Shown piece after piece: positions 35,316 through 43,538 of a DNA stretch of 63,694 bases (position 1 is the first letter of the stretch; each line of letters starts with the position of its first letter). Below the pieces are notes generated by a model. The model was not told where the DNA came from, did not search any database, and worked only from the letters and a program-made list of their open reading frames with translations. The translations under genes and the position numbers were made by a program. Source of the DNA: Minisyncoccota bacterium (GTDB lineage Bacteria; Patescibacteriota; Minisyncoccia; Phycocordibacterales; UBA5272); NCBI GenBank assembly GCA_041651055.1, contig JBAZJW010000005.1, forward strand, positions 1 to 63,694, given 5' to 3'.

Positions 35316-35909
35316 TCAGTCTAATGAACTTGTTTTCCAAACTTCTAGTATTATGCTCGGGACAGCAGGACTGTAACCAGTGGCTGCTGTGTAAGGCATG
35401 GTAGTTCCAGCATCGTCCGTTGCAATCATCACGTTGACCCAATCATCTGTTCCCAAGTCTAAAGTAAGCGCAACCGCCAAAGGAACCTCAAGAGTGGCAC
35501 TTGAAAGGCACATCTTCGTGTTCGAATTAGGAACATCCGTGTTGTTAATTCTGAACCAAAGCTCTGCGCACTTGTTCACGGTGTCCGTCGTGAATATTGC
35601 GCTCACTGCAAAAGTATAGTGTCCTGCAACGTCAATGGTGATATTCTTTCCATTTTCTAAACTCAGCTGATATCCGCTGAAATTGCTGAAGTTAGAATAG
35701 TACGCTGTTGATGCACTGCCCAAAGTCTGGGTTGTCAAGTCATAAAAAGTGGCATGAGGGTTGTATCTTGTGAAGTTACCATCAATCTGAACGTTACCTA
35801 TCACTTCAAGGTTTCCGTCAATGACCATATCATCTCCAGATTGCGTGATAGAAGCATACGCTACTGCACACAACAAAGCTAAAGCAAAACAAGCGATTAC
35901 CCACTTCAT
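35316..35909 (-). CDS. Signal-peptide protein (197 aa)
   Basis: MKWVIACFALALLCAVAYASI. N-x-S/T sequons are present. Confidence 0.6.
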   Translation of the reverse strand: MKWVIACFALALLCAVAYASITQSGDDMVIDGNLEVIGNVQIDGNFTRYNPHATFYDLTTQTLGSASTAYYSNFSNFSGYQLSLENGKNITIDVAGHYTFAVSAIFTTDTVNKCAELWFRINNTDVPNSNTKMCLSSATLEVPLAVALTLDLGTDDWVNVMIATDDAGTTMPYTAATGYSPAVPSIILEVWKTSSLD

Positions 35910-36628
35910 TCAACCGTCACGCTCCCGCCTTTGATTATGAAATTGGTTCCATATATTTCAAACTTGCTGATATTATAGAGGTCAGCAGTTAGAGTGACTG
36001 AGCCAGAACCATTTACCAAAACTGAGTTTCCTAAGACATCTATATTAGTGTTCAGAGTGCAAATGTCTCCTGCTTTGATGTTCCACGCACCACTTGAGTA
36101 AGTGCAAGAACTTGCTCCTGTTGTGTTGTCATACCAATACATACTTTCCTCATACAAAGGAATACTGCCAACATCGGCAGATAACATTCTCCAGTGAGTT
36201 CCGTTCCAGCAGCGCCACTCAGTAGTATCTCCTCCAGTGTAATCACTGTAAGCATAAACCATGATAGGGTCTGCCCAGCAGTCTCCCAGACTTAAATTTT
36301 CAACGCCAGCAGTGTCCTTAATATTCCATACACTATTACTTGTGGCATTTACAGGAACAGAATAATTAATGTACAAATAAGTTTCTTGTCCACTGGCTGC
36401 ACTGCCTGAACTTGACCAGTTACCATCGAAAACATAAGAGCAATTATGCTCTCCAGCGTCATTCCAAGTTCCACTGCAAGTATAAACTCCAGTGTATTCA
36501 AGCCCGCAACTACCATCTCCAGCCGTTGAAGCATTTGCCGTTTCCTGATAGCACCAAGAGCCTGCAAAGCTAATAGCTGACGCTAGTATTAAAAAAAGAA
36601 ACCAATAAAAAATTTTTAAGTATTGCAT
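35906..36628 (-). CDS. Signal-peptide protein (240 aa)
   Basis: MQYLKIFYWFLFLILASAISFAGS. Sequons and Cys/Trp-rich. Confidence 0.6.
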   Translation of the reverse strand: MQYLKIFYWFLFLILASAISFAGSWCYQETANASTAGDGSCGLEYTGVYTCSGTWNDAGEHNCSYVFDGNWSSSGSAASGQETYLYINYSVPVNATSNSVWNIKDTAGVENLSLGDCWADPIMVYAYSDYTGGDTTEWRCWNGTHWRMLSADVGSIPLYEESMYWYDNTTGASSCTYSSGAWNIKAGDICTLNTNIDVLGNSVLVNGSGSVTLTADLYNISKFEIYGTNFIIKGGSVTVE

Positions 36629-37722
36629 ACGTTCATCACTCCTGTTCCATCAGGGCTTCTCAAAATGAGACATGTGGTGTTTGTAGTAATGCTCGCATTA
36701 TTGGCGAACCATATTACTTGGTTAGAACCTGTCATGTTTAGCTGTCCACCCAAATCCTGATTTGTTGCGTTCAAGTAAGTGATTCCAGTAACATTCTTGC
36801 TGTTCATAACTATATTGCCAGTCATAGTTCCGCCAGCAAGAGCAAGATAGCTAGATTTGTCCGCACTCCAGTTTCCGTGGTTAGCAACTTGCTCAGCAAG
36901 AGTATAAAGTCCATCAGTACACGTTATACTGTCATTCACTGTAGTCACTGCGCTGTTTGCTGGACAAGCTGCTGGATAAGTGTGCAAGTCTGACCATATT
37001 AGTGCGCCACTAAGATTCGTTGCACTGATGAACGCCGCACTTGTTATATTGAAGCCTGTAGCGTCAAGATTCTTCTCAAGATTCGTAGCGTACAAGTTTG
37101 TTGTATACAGATTGAGCCAATACAATGATGACGTGCCAAGACCAAAAGTACTGTTTATTCCTGGGTTTACACTTCCGTTCACACTCATGGTTGTGACATT
37201 AGCAACTATCTCAGTTCCTAACACTGTAAGATTTTTTCTTACTATAAGATTAGACGTTATATCCATGCTGCCAGTAAGGTCTAGGTCACCAGTATCTCTG
37301 TTGAGTCGCATGGCCACTGTGCCTGCAGTATTTGTCCATCTGAAATCTGTCTGATTGTCAGTGTCTTTTATCTCAAACCACCTTGACGCTGATGTAGTAT
37401 TTCCTGTGCTGTCATTGGTCACTAAGTACCATTTGTAAAAACCTACGCTTAATCCTGTAACTGTAACATTCCTCCACGTTGCATTAGTGACTGTAGCTGA
37501 CGTGTTGTATACTGGAGTATTATTATTTACAGCACTTAAAAATAGCCACGTTGTCATTCCACCGCCAGTTGCTCCTACTGAAAGTGTTGGTGTCCAGTTG
37601 AATAACATACTTGTGCTAGTTTGTTCTGCAAGATTGGCAGGTGCGGTAAGTGTATAAGAGACACTTGCAAATGCTATCGGCATGCAAAGCAGAAGCATGA
37701 TTGCTATTATTGAAAGTTTCAT
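36616..37722 (-). CDS. Signal-peptide protein (368 aa)
   Basis: MKLSIIAIMLLLCMPIAFASV. Many N-x-S/T sequons. Confidence 0.6.
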   Translation of the reverse strand: MKLSIIAIMLLLCMPIAFASVSYTLTAPANLAEQTSTSMLFNWTPTLSVGATGGGMTTWLFLSAVNNNTPVYNTSATVTNATWRNVTVTGLSVGFYKWYLVTNDSTGNTTSASRWFEIKDTDNQTDFRWTNTAGTVAMRLNRDTGDLDLTGSMDITSNLIVRKNLTVLGTEIVANVTTMSVNGSVNPGINSTFGLGTSSLYWLNLYTTNLYATNLEKNLDATGFNITSAAFISATNLSGALIWSDLHTYPAACPANSAVTTVNDSITCTDGLYTLAEQVANHGNWSADKSSYLALAGGTMTGNIVMNSKNVTGITYLNATNQDLGGQLNMTGSNQVIWFANNASITTNTTCLILRSPDGTGVMNVCNT

Positions 37723-37865
37723 AGTTTCACCTGCCTTCCCTTATGATAAAAGTCCCCATTGTCCTTGACTTCAAAGACAGTGAAGCCTCTAAAATCTTTT
37801 ATTATGAAAGAACCATCCTGAACTAATGATTCACTTGTTGCTCTTGCCTGTTGGATATTGCTCAT
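37719..37865 (-). CDS. Hypothetical protein (48 aa)
   Basis: Hand-translated MSNIQQARATSESLVQDGSFIIKDFRGFTVFEVKDNGDFYHKGRQVKL. ATGA overlap with the next gene. Confidence 0.4.
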   Translation of the reverse strand: MSNIQQARATSESLVQDGSFIIKDFRGFTVFEVKDNGDFYHKGRQVKL

Positions 37866-37871
37866 GGCTAA

Positions 37872-38201
37872 TCACCACGCCCAAACCCTAACAACCTGCG
37901 AGTCCGTATTGCTCCTGAGCCAGCAGCCACTCCTGTTCACTCCGTCAAAAGTGAGTGAATCGTTAGGGAAAATGTCTGCGTGGAAAGAAGTTCCACTATT
38001 GAAGCTTAATTGTCCTACGCTGGTTCCTGAACTTGCAAGTGCAAACCTTTGGCATTCTGTGTTTCCGTGAGTGCCGAAGCCAGTGTTAGTACCTGAGAAG
38101 TCAACCCAGTTCCAAGCTGTACCTGAGTTAAGTGGGCAGCCTGAATAAAACATTCGGTCAGAGCCGAAGTACTGATATTTCTTATCTTGCAATCCTTGCA
38201 T
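37872..38201 (-). CDS. Hypothetical structural-module protein (109 aa)
   Basis: Track ORF. Preferred over the overlapping 38015..38248. Confidence 0.45.
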   Translation of the reverse strand: MQGLQDKKYQYFGSDRMFYSGCPLNSGTAWNWVDFSGTNTGFGTHGNTECQRFALASSGTSVGQLSFNSGTSFHADIFPNDSLTFDGVNRSGCWLRSNTDSQVVRVWAW

Positions 38202-38269
38202 TGTCTAAACACCTCGTTTGATTTGTTAGCGGTGAACCCGAGTGCCACTCGCTCGAAAGTATTAAAAAA

Positions 38270-38716
38270 TTATGGTCTGTATCTAATTACTATTTGAGGA
38301 TTTGCCAGTGCTGTTGCCGAAGCTGCCTTGGTGGCAGTCAGTGTGAGCACGTCACCTTTTGCTAACACGGCATACTGTAAGTAATTGGTTCCGCTGCCGT
38401 TATCGCAAAGACTGTCTAAGCCAGCTGCAGTGAGTGCTCTTCCGCCATTGCCAGTATTGTCACTGTCTGTATTGAATGCTGTGCTTAGCAAGTTATTGCT
38501 CTGTGTTGTGTTTGCTACTTGGATAGTCCAATGGTTGTCTGCATGAGCTGCAATTGCTGTAGTGACTGATAGTCCCATGTCAATTATTTCGCAAGCGCAA
38601 GGTGCAACAAAGACCACCATTGAGTTGGTAGCGTCAACGCTTGTTGAATCTCCTTCTTCCTCATGAAAATTAACTATGTGATACTGGTCATTTCCACCAA
38701 GTCCGCCTCTTGTCAT
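38270..38716 (-). CDS. Hypothetical structural-module protein (148 aa)
   Basis: Track ORF. Confidence 0.5.
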   Translation of the reverse strand: MTRGGLGGNDQYHIVNFHEEEGDSTSVDATNSMVVFVAPCACEIIDMGLSVTTAIAAHADNHWTIQVANTTQSNNLLSTAFNTDSDNTGNGGRALTAAGLDSLCDNGSGTNYLQYAVLAKGDVLTLTATKAASATALANPQIVIRYRP

Positions 38717-38717
38717 T

Positions 38718-38972
38718 TTAGCACCTGCTCTTCATTGCCTTACACTTAGGACACTTGTAGACTGTCTCAAAAGCGTCCTTCTTGAAGACTTCCATAGTTG
38801 TCTTGCACCTGTTGCATACTTGTTCTGCCTTTGGAATGGCAAATACTTTTTCCTCAACAGGCTCTGCAACCTTCGCCACGACTGGCTCTGCTGTCTGTGT
38901 CTTGACTGGTTCGTCAATATCACAAATTGTCTCAACTTCCTCTTCAACTTTTCTTTTAGGTATTTTAAGCAT
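38718..38972 (-). CDS. Zinc-ribbon protein (84 aa)
   Basis: CNRC...CPKC. Confidence 0.5.
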   Translation of the reverse strand: MLKIPKRKVEEEVETICDIDEPVKTQTAEPVVAKVAEPVEEKVFAIPKAEQVCNRCKTTMEVFKKDAFETVYKCPKCKAMKSRC

Positions 38973-39023
38973 GATTGTTCACCTCGTTAATAATGAAAAA
39001 ATAAAAAATTAAAAAAAAAATGT

Positions 39024-40064
39024 TTAAGCTGCTCTGTAAATGTAGCCTGTGTCTCCTTCAGTGTCTGCTTCACCAAAGTTTCCAGACAAGAACATTGTTG
39101 CTGGAACCTTAGCGCCTGTGCCTGCTGCCTTGAAAGTCAGAAGACCTGCGCCCTGAGTTGCGCAACCAAACATACAACCTGCGAGAGTTCCTGTGCATCC
39201 AGTAAAGTCTGCATAGATTGCATTGGTTCCTGAGCCGACGGCTGGCTTTATGTCAAAGTCGCAATTTCTTACGATGAGACCTAATATTCCAGAGCCACCG
39301 CCTTTCAAGAACAAGTGGCAATCAACCGAAGCTCCACCCATGAAAGTGCAGTCTTCTATAATGACGTCCTGTGGCTGTGTAGTGCTAGTTCCTTTAAGGA
39401 CTACACCACCAACGTTCTTGTAGAATGTGCATCCAGATATGAGTATCTGCCATGCGTTTCCTGCGCTGCCCCACTGGATTGCTCCGCCCGTGGCTGCGTT
39501 TGTTGCCGTTGTGCCCACGCAGTTCTTGAAGTGACAGTTTACAATTGTGGTTCCGAATGCTGCCTTCGCTGCATAATCATCGTCGAAGAGTATTCCACCA
39601 CCAGTTCCACCATTGCCGTTGATTCCCAAGTTTGCTATCAGGCAACCAGGTGCTCTAATGGCAATTATTGGGCTTGTGGTTGTTGTTCCAACTTTCAACT
39701 GTGGAAGTCCACCCTGAGTTCTTCCCCTGCTGACTCCGATGAGTGCAAGGTTAGAAGTTGCGTAAGGAATTATTATGTTCTCTGAGTAACTCACTGGGTC
39801 GCCAGTGTAGTCAGTGTGTGTCTGTGCTGCAACGTAGACCACGTCACCTGCGCTTGCCGCAGTGACTCCTTCCTGTATTGTGATGAACGCTTCATCCCAA
39901 GTTGTGCCGTCACCAGAAGCTCCAGTTGCCTTGCTCGCATCAACGTACCAAACATTTCCTGCACCGCTGACCATTACTGGATTAGCTACATTGCCAGTTA
40001 CCTGCCCGCTAACGTCAAGGTCTTTGACCTTAAAGTTGCTCCTTCTTAATCCGCATTTTGTCAT
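39024..40064 (-). CDS. Right-handed parallel beta-helix (pectin-lyase-fold-like) protein
   Basis: GTTWDEAFITIQEGVTAASAGDVVYV is followed by repeated G-x-x-hydrophobic-x-N-C/N turns (NCHFKNC, ISGCTFYKN, IEDCTFMGG, VRNCDF). Confidence 0.6.
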   Translation of the reverse strand: MTKCGLRRSNFKVKDLDVSGQVTGNVANPVMVSGAGNVWYVDASKATGASGDGTTWDEAFITIQEGVTAASAGDVVYVAAQTHTDYTGDPVSYSENIIIPYATSNLALIGVSRGRTQGGLPQLKVGTTTTSPIIAIRAPGCLIANLGINGNGGTGGGILFDDDYAAKAAFGTTIVNCHFKNCVGTTATNAATGGAIQWGSAGNAWQILISGCTFYKNVGGVVLKGTSTTQPQDVIIEDCTFMGGASVDCHLFLKGGGSGILGLIVRNCDFDIKPAVGSGTNAIYADFTGCTGTLAGCMFGCATQGAGLLTFKAAGTGAKVPATMFLSGNFGEADTEGDTGYIYRAA

Positions 40065-40119
40065 TATGATTCACCTACTCGTTCGTTTTTATTACTTATT
40101 GAACACAGCCTCTTGGACT

Positions 40120-40180
40120 GCAATTCGGTGTTTTTCTTGAAAATGAAAAACAAAAAAATAAAAAAATTAAGGTAACAACT
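40120..40180 (-). terminator. Oligo-T terminator after the capsid gene
   Basis: The minus strand reads TTAATTTTTTTATTTTTTTGTTTTTCATTTTC directly after the MCP stop. Confidence 0.6.
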
Positions 40181-41044
40181 TTACGAGGTTGTTATTGTAC
40201 AGACTGCGTAATCCCTGATTAGCTTGACTGCAATTCTCTGTGAAAGGACTGCTCCTTCCATGTCGAATGTTTCAAGGCTGAACTTCTTCAGGGTTACTGG
40301 TCGCTTCTCGGCTATGGCGTAGGCGTGTGCCCTGTCAAACACGAAAGCGTACTTGCTGTAAGTGGTTGAAGGAGCTGCGTTTGTGCTAAACCTGTACAGC
40401 CTCAAGCCGTAAATGGTTCCGAGGAAGCCGTTTCTGTTGACTTCGTCACTGCCGTGCTTGTCTGCGTCCATGAAGGTGTCAATCTGCCTTATGTCCGAAG
40501 CAACTTCGTTGCCCAGGTACATTGTGGTGGCTTCATAGTCGTTGTCTTCAAGGTACTGGATTGCCCTGGATATGTTAGCAATGGTTATTGCTGCACCGCC
40601 AGTGACAGAGTCCGAAGCGCCGTAGAGTGCAGTAAGGATGAGCTTTGTCTCATTCTCTGCGAATCTCTTGCCGAGTGTCCTGACACTTCTGTCAAGCATG
40701 TTCCACTTGGCGTCTTCCAGCATTTCCTCAGTTATCCTGACGGCAACGCCGTACTTCTCAGGCTTGATGTTTGTGGTTGACCACGTGGGTTTGTCCAGCC
40801 AGAACTCTGCGCCTTCCGCAATAGGTCTAACCTTGCCTGTGTTCACGTCGTCAAGGTCAACATCTATGCTTGAGCCTGGAATCTGTGCTGCGCCGAAATA
40901 CCATCCAGCTTCACTCCTTGGAAGGAGCTTCTTGTCCACTTCGTCGATGAGGACGTCGTAGATTTTCCTGGGTATCAGAAGCTGTCCTTCTGTGGCATCG
41001 CCCTGGTCGATGTACTCTTTTAGATATTTGTAGTCAGTTGCCAT
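40181..41044 (-). CDS. HK97-fold major capsid protein
   Basis: Size, position after protease/scaffold, and ...GKVRPIAEGAEFWLDKPTWSTTNIKPEKYGVAVRITEEMLEDAKWNMLDRS... (E-loop/P-domain-like pattern). ATG 41044 lies behind GGGTGA. Confidence 0.8.
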   Translation of the reverse strand: MATDYKYLKEYIDQGDATEGQLLIPRKIYDVLIDEVDKKLLPRSEAGWYFGAAQIPGSSIDVDLDDVNTGKVRPIAEGAEFWLDKPTWSTTNIKPEKYGVAVRITEEMLEDAKWNMLDRSVRTLGKRFAENETKLILTALYGASDSVTGGAAITIANISRAIQYLEDNDYEATTMYLGNEVASDIRQIDTFMDADKHGSDEVNRNGFLGTIYGLRLYRFSTNAAPSTTYSKYAFVFDRAHAYAIAEKRPVTLKKFSLETFDMEGAVLSQRIAVKLIRDYAVCTITTS

Positions 41045-41049
41045 TTTGT

Positions 41050-41487
41050 TCACCCGTGGAAGTCTACAACACAGAAACCGCCTGACGCTGCTCCCGTTAT
41101 TGCACGACCTATTGACCTGCCGCCGTCCTGCGTTATTGTAACGCTGCCGACCGCTGCCACTGCGTGAGTTCCCAGTGTGCCAACCTTGGCACTAACCAGT
41201 ACGTCACCACAAGCTGGAACGACGAATGCTCCCCTTGTTGCTACGCCAACCAATGCACCGCTTGCAACGTTCTTGAGTGCCATTCCTAAGAACTGGTCAC
41301 CAGAAGCTGCCAGCGCAACTGTAACTTCAGTTCCTGCAAGGCTTGTCGTTCCTGAATCAACAATGTTGTCTGCGCCTGAAGAAAATACTAGCTGTCCGCC
41401 AGATATTACTTCCATTGCGTAGCACGATATGATTCTCGGCACTGTTCCGTCAAGAACAGGCACTGCTCCGTTTGGATTCGCTGTCAT
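41050..41487 (-). CDS. DUF2190-like head decoration/cement protein candidate
   Basis: 145 aa, Gly/Ala/Val-rich, between protease and MCP. Family assignment is from memory only. Confidence 0.35.
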   Translation of the reverse strand: MTANPNGAVPVLDGTVPRIISCYAMEVISGGQLVFSSGADNIVDSGTTSLAGTEVTVALAASGDQFLGMALKNVASGALVGVATRGAFVVPACGDVLVSAKVGTLGTHAVAAVGSVTITQDGGRSIGRAITGAASGGFCVVDFHG

Positions 41488-41492
41488 TTTGT

Positions 41493-42470
41493 TTACCTCT
41501 TTATGGGGAAGCTTCCGTCAGCGTTGGGCACCATGAACAGTGACAGCTTTCCAGACTTTGAAGTCTCGACAGCGTAATTGTCATGAGCCATAACCTTCTC
41601 GGTCGTTGTCCCGTTGTCTACTTTTCCCTTTGTTGCTCCCAACATTTTTTCCATCTCCTGAACCTTGCTCTTCAGAGCAGTGTTCTCGTTCTCCGTTGCA
41701 ACCTTTTCGGCTACAATCTTGTCCATTGCCAGCTTTTCCGCTGCAACCTTGTCAGCTTCTGCTTTTTCAGCAGCTGCCTTCTCAGTAGCAACTTTTTCAG
41801 CTGCAATCTTTTCCGCTGCGACCTTTTCCGCTGCAAGCTTTTCAGCTGCAACTTTGTCTGCAGCCAGCTTTTCAGTGGCAAGTTTTTCGGCAGCAAGTTT
41901 GTTTTCTTCTTCCATTCTTGCTACACCTCTCTCGGTATTTTCGTCTATTATCTTCTCACCGATTAACTGGAACTTCTCTATTATATCCGTAATCTCTGCT
42001 TCGGTGAGAGTTGATTGTAATTGTTTGAGGTCTAAGCTTTCCACAACATCACTGGTCTTGCCCTCGTCAGTTTGGATATTAGCTGACGCAACTCCAGGAG
42101 TTGGCGTTGTGCTTAGTTCCAAGTAGTGTATTCCTTTTGCATGCAGGAACTCGTCGTCTTCATTTTCTCGGACTAGCTGCTTGACCATTGCACCAACGCT
42201 GACTTTCAAGCGCCTGTCCCTTATTTTTTGGACAACGCCAGTGCCGTCTTCCTCAACCCAGCCTTCGTAGTGTTGCTGCCCGTTCTTAAAAGTCTGATAC
42301 TCAACCTTGCCTATGCTGTTGTCCGTGGTGGCTTCGTGGTCTTTTATTATTGTCACGCCAGCAAGAGTCTGGCTGCCTTGTTCGAGTTCTTCAGCAGTAT
42401 ACATTATCTTATTCCTGCTCATGCCTGCTTCGATAGCAAGCCCTTTGACCTTGAACTTTGTGCCGTTCAT
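41493..42470 (-). CDS. Prohead protease (HK97/S78-like) fused to a repeat-built scaffold domain
   Basis: N-terminal ...IIKDHEATTDNSIGKV...KVSVGAM gives His and Ser motifs. Fourteen K-h-A-A-E pentads follow. Confidence 0.65.
   Translation of the reverse strand: MNGTKFKVKGLAIEAGMSRNKIMYTAEELEQGSQTLAGVTIIKDHEATTDNSIGKVEYQTFKNGQQHYEGWVEEDGTGVVQKIRDRRLKVSVGAMVKQLVRENEDDEFLHAKGIHYLELSTTPTPGVASANIQTDEGKTSDVVESLDLKQLQSTLTEAEITDIIEKFQLIGEKIIDENTERGVARMEEENKLAAEKLATEKLAADKVAAEKLAAEKVAAEKIAAEKVATEKAAAEKAEADKVAAEKLAMDKIVAEKVATENENTALKSKVQEMEKMLGATKGKVDNGTTTEKVMAHDNYAVETSKSGKLSLFMVPNADGSFPIKR
41691..41900 (-). repeat. 14 tandem 15-bp units encoding (K-[LVIA]-[AV]-[AT]-[ED]) pentads
   Basis: aa 191-260 read KLAAE KLATE KLAAD KVAAE KLAAE KVAAE KIAAE KVATE KAAAE KAEAD KVAAE KLAMD KIVAE KVATE. 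Confidence 0.9.
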
Positions 42471-42694
42471 TCTAAGACCTCTGCGTAACCACTAAAGTTG
42501 ACTCTGACATTCTCAGCCACAACAACATTCTTGGTTTCTCCAGAAGTTGGTGCTGTGCCAAACTTTTTCTTGTAGGCGTCAACTGCAACTGCGTACATAT
42601 CACTTTCCGTGTATGATTTGCCAGTTCTCGGATTCTTTTGTCCAGAAAGAGTCTTCTTTATTGAAGATAGCATGTCGTCAAAAGCTTTTGGCAT
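42467..42694 (-). CDS. Hypothetical protein (75 aa)
   Basis: First gene behind late promoter copy 2. Confidence 0.55.
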   Translation of the reverse strand: MPKAFDDMLSSIKKTLSGQKNPRTGKSYTESDMYAVAVDAYKKKFGTAPTSGETKNVVVAENVRVNFSGYAEVLE

Positions 42695-42733
42695 TAAATG
42701 TCACCTCGGATTTAGGTTCTTAGGTCAGATTAG

Positions 42734-42761
42734 CATATAAACTTTAAGTTGTGCTATATAG
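42734..42761 (-). promoter_or_regulatory. Late promoter, copy 2
   Basis: The minus strand reads CTATATAGCACAACTTAAAGTTTATATG. Confidence 0.7.
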
Positions 42762-42766
42762 TTTTT

Positions 42767-43126
42767 TCAGCGTGTTATGAGTTCTATGTGCTGACGTTGC
42801 CTGCTAGTAGAAGCATTGTTTCCCCTAACAGTAACTGGGTCAACGTCTTCTCCTTCAATTCCGCCTCTGGAAGTTTGAAGCCTATTCTCTATGCCCTGAT
42901 AGTTTGGAAGTGACTGTTTGCCACTACCTGAATAATCATCCCAGTCTCCAACGACGTGAATGTCTTCTTGGTCTAAAACATCGTTGCCACTATTGCAATC
43001 ATGTTCAACATCGTCATTATCTGGAGAAACAACTACACGCATGTTGCAGCGTGGACAAATGAACACAGACCTTCGTCCGTGAATTGTGTCGTCACTCATT
43101 TTCTTCCTTTCTTCTTTCCACCGCAA
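42767..43126 (-). CDS. Hypothetical zinc-finger-like protein (119 aa)
   Basis: FICPRCN...HDCNSGN. Confidence 0.5.
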   Translation of the reverse strand: MRWKEERKKMSDDTIHGRRSVFICPRCNMRVVVSPDNDDVEHDCNSGNDVLDQEDIHVVGDWDDYSGSGKQSLPNYQGIENRLQTSRGGIEGEDVDPVTVRGNNASTSRQRQHIELITR

Positions 43127-43136
43127 GGCATTCCAA

Positions 43137-43319
43137 TCAACTCCATATCTTGGCGTTTATCTCTTCGTGCTTCTTCATTGCACAGTCACCGCACACCCAC
43201 TTACCAGCCACTAAGCACAACGCAGTTTCTTTAGGCTGAGCACAGTTAGGTGCTTGGCAGTCAGGACGCTTGCGCATCCCAAATGCTGGCTTGACTTCTT
43301 CCACAAAATCGTCAGTCAT
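43137..43319 (-). CDS. Small Cys-rich protein (60 aa)
   Basis: CQAPNC...CGDC. Confidence 0.45.
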   Translation of the reverse strand: MTDDFVEEVKPAFGMRKRPDCQAPNCAQPKETALCLVAGKWVCGDCAMKKHEEINAKIWS

Positions 43320-43537
43320 CTTTTCTTCCCCCCATGCTGTTTTATTTCGTCAGTAATGGCAGTTCTTAACATTTCTTCAAGCTTTGAATCACTTATTGAT
43401 ACTTGCAAAAAATCGTCACTGCTGTAACGCTCAGGGTGTATGGTGTGTTCTAAAATCTTTGGCCTGTACAACAGATTGTTTTCGTCAATGTAAAACAGTT
43501 CTCCATGATAATAAACTTCTGTAGTTATTCGTGCCAT
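43316..43537 (-). CDS. Hypothetical protein (73 aa)
   Basis: Track ORF with overlapping junctions. Confidence 0.5.
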   Translation of the reverse strand: MARITTEVYYHGELFYIDENNLLYRPKILEHTIHPERYSSDDFLQVSISDSKLEEMLRTAITDEIKQHGGKKR

Positions 43538-43538
43538 T

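Noticed and set aside
41583-42126. Plus-strand ORFs (127, 153 aa and others) across the protease-scaffold repeat, with similar ones at 39315..39785, 34603..35064, 49239..49733, 51256..51834 and 51918..52418
   Set aside because: They are antisense shadows of well-supported minus-strand genes. The Phe/Ser/Ala repeats simply mirror the K-h-A-A-E array.
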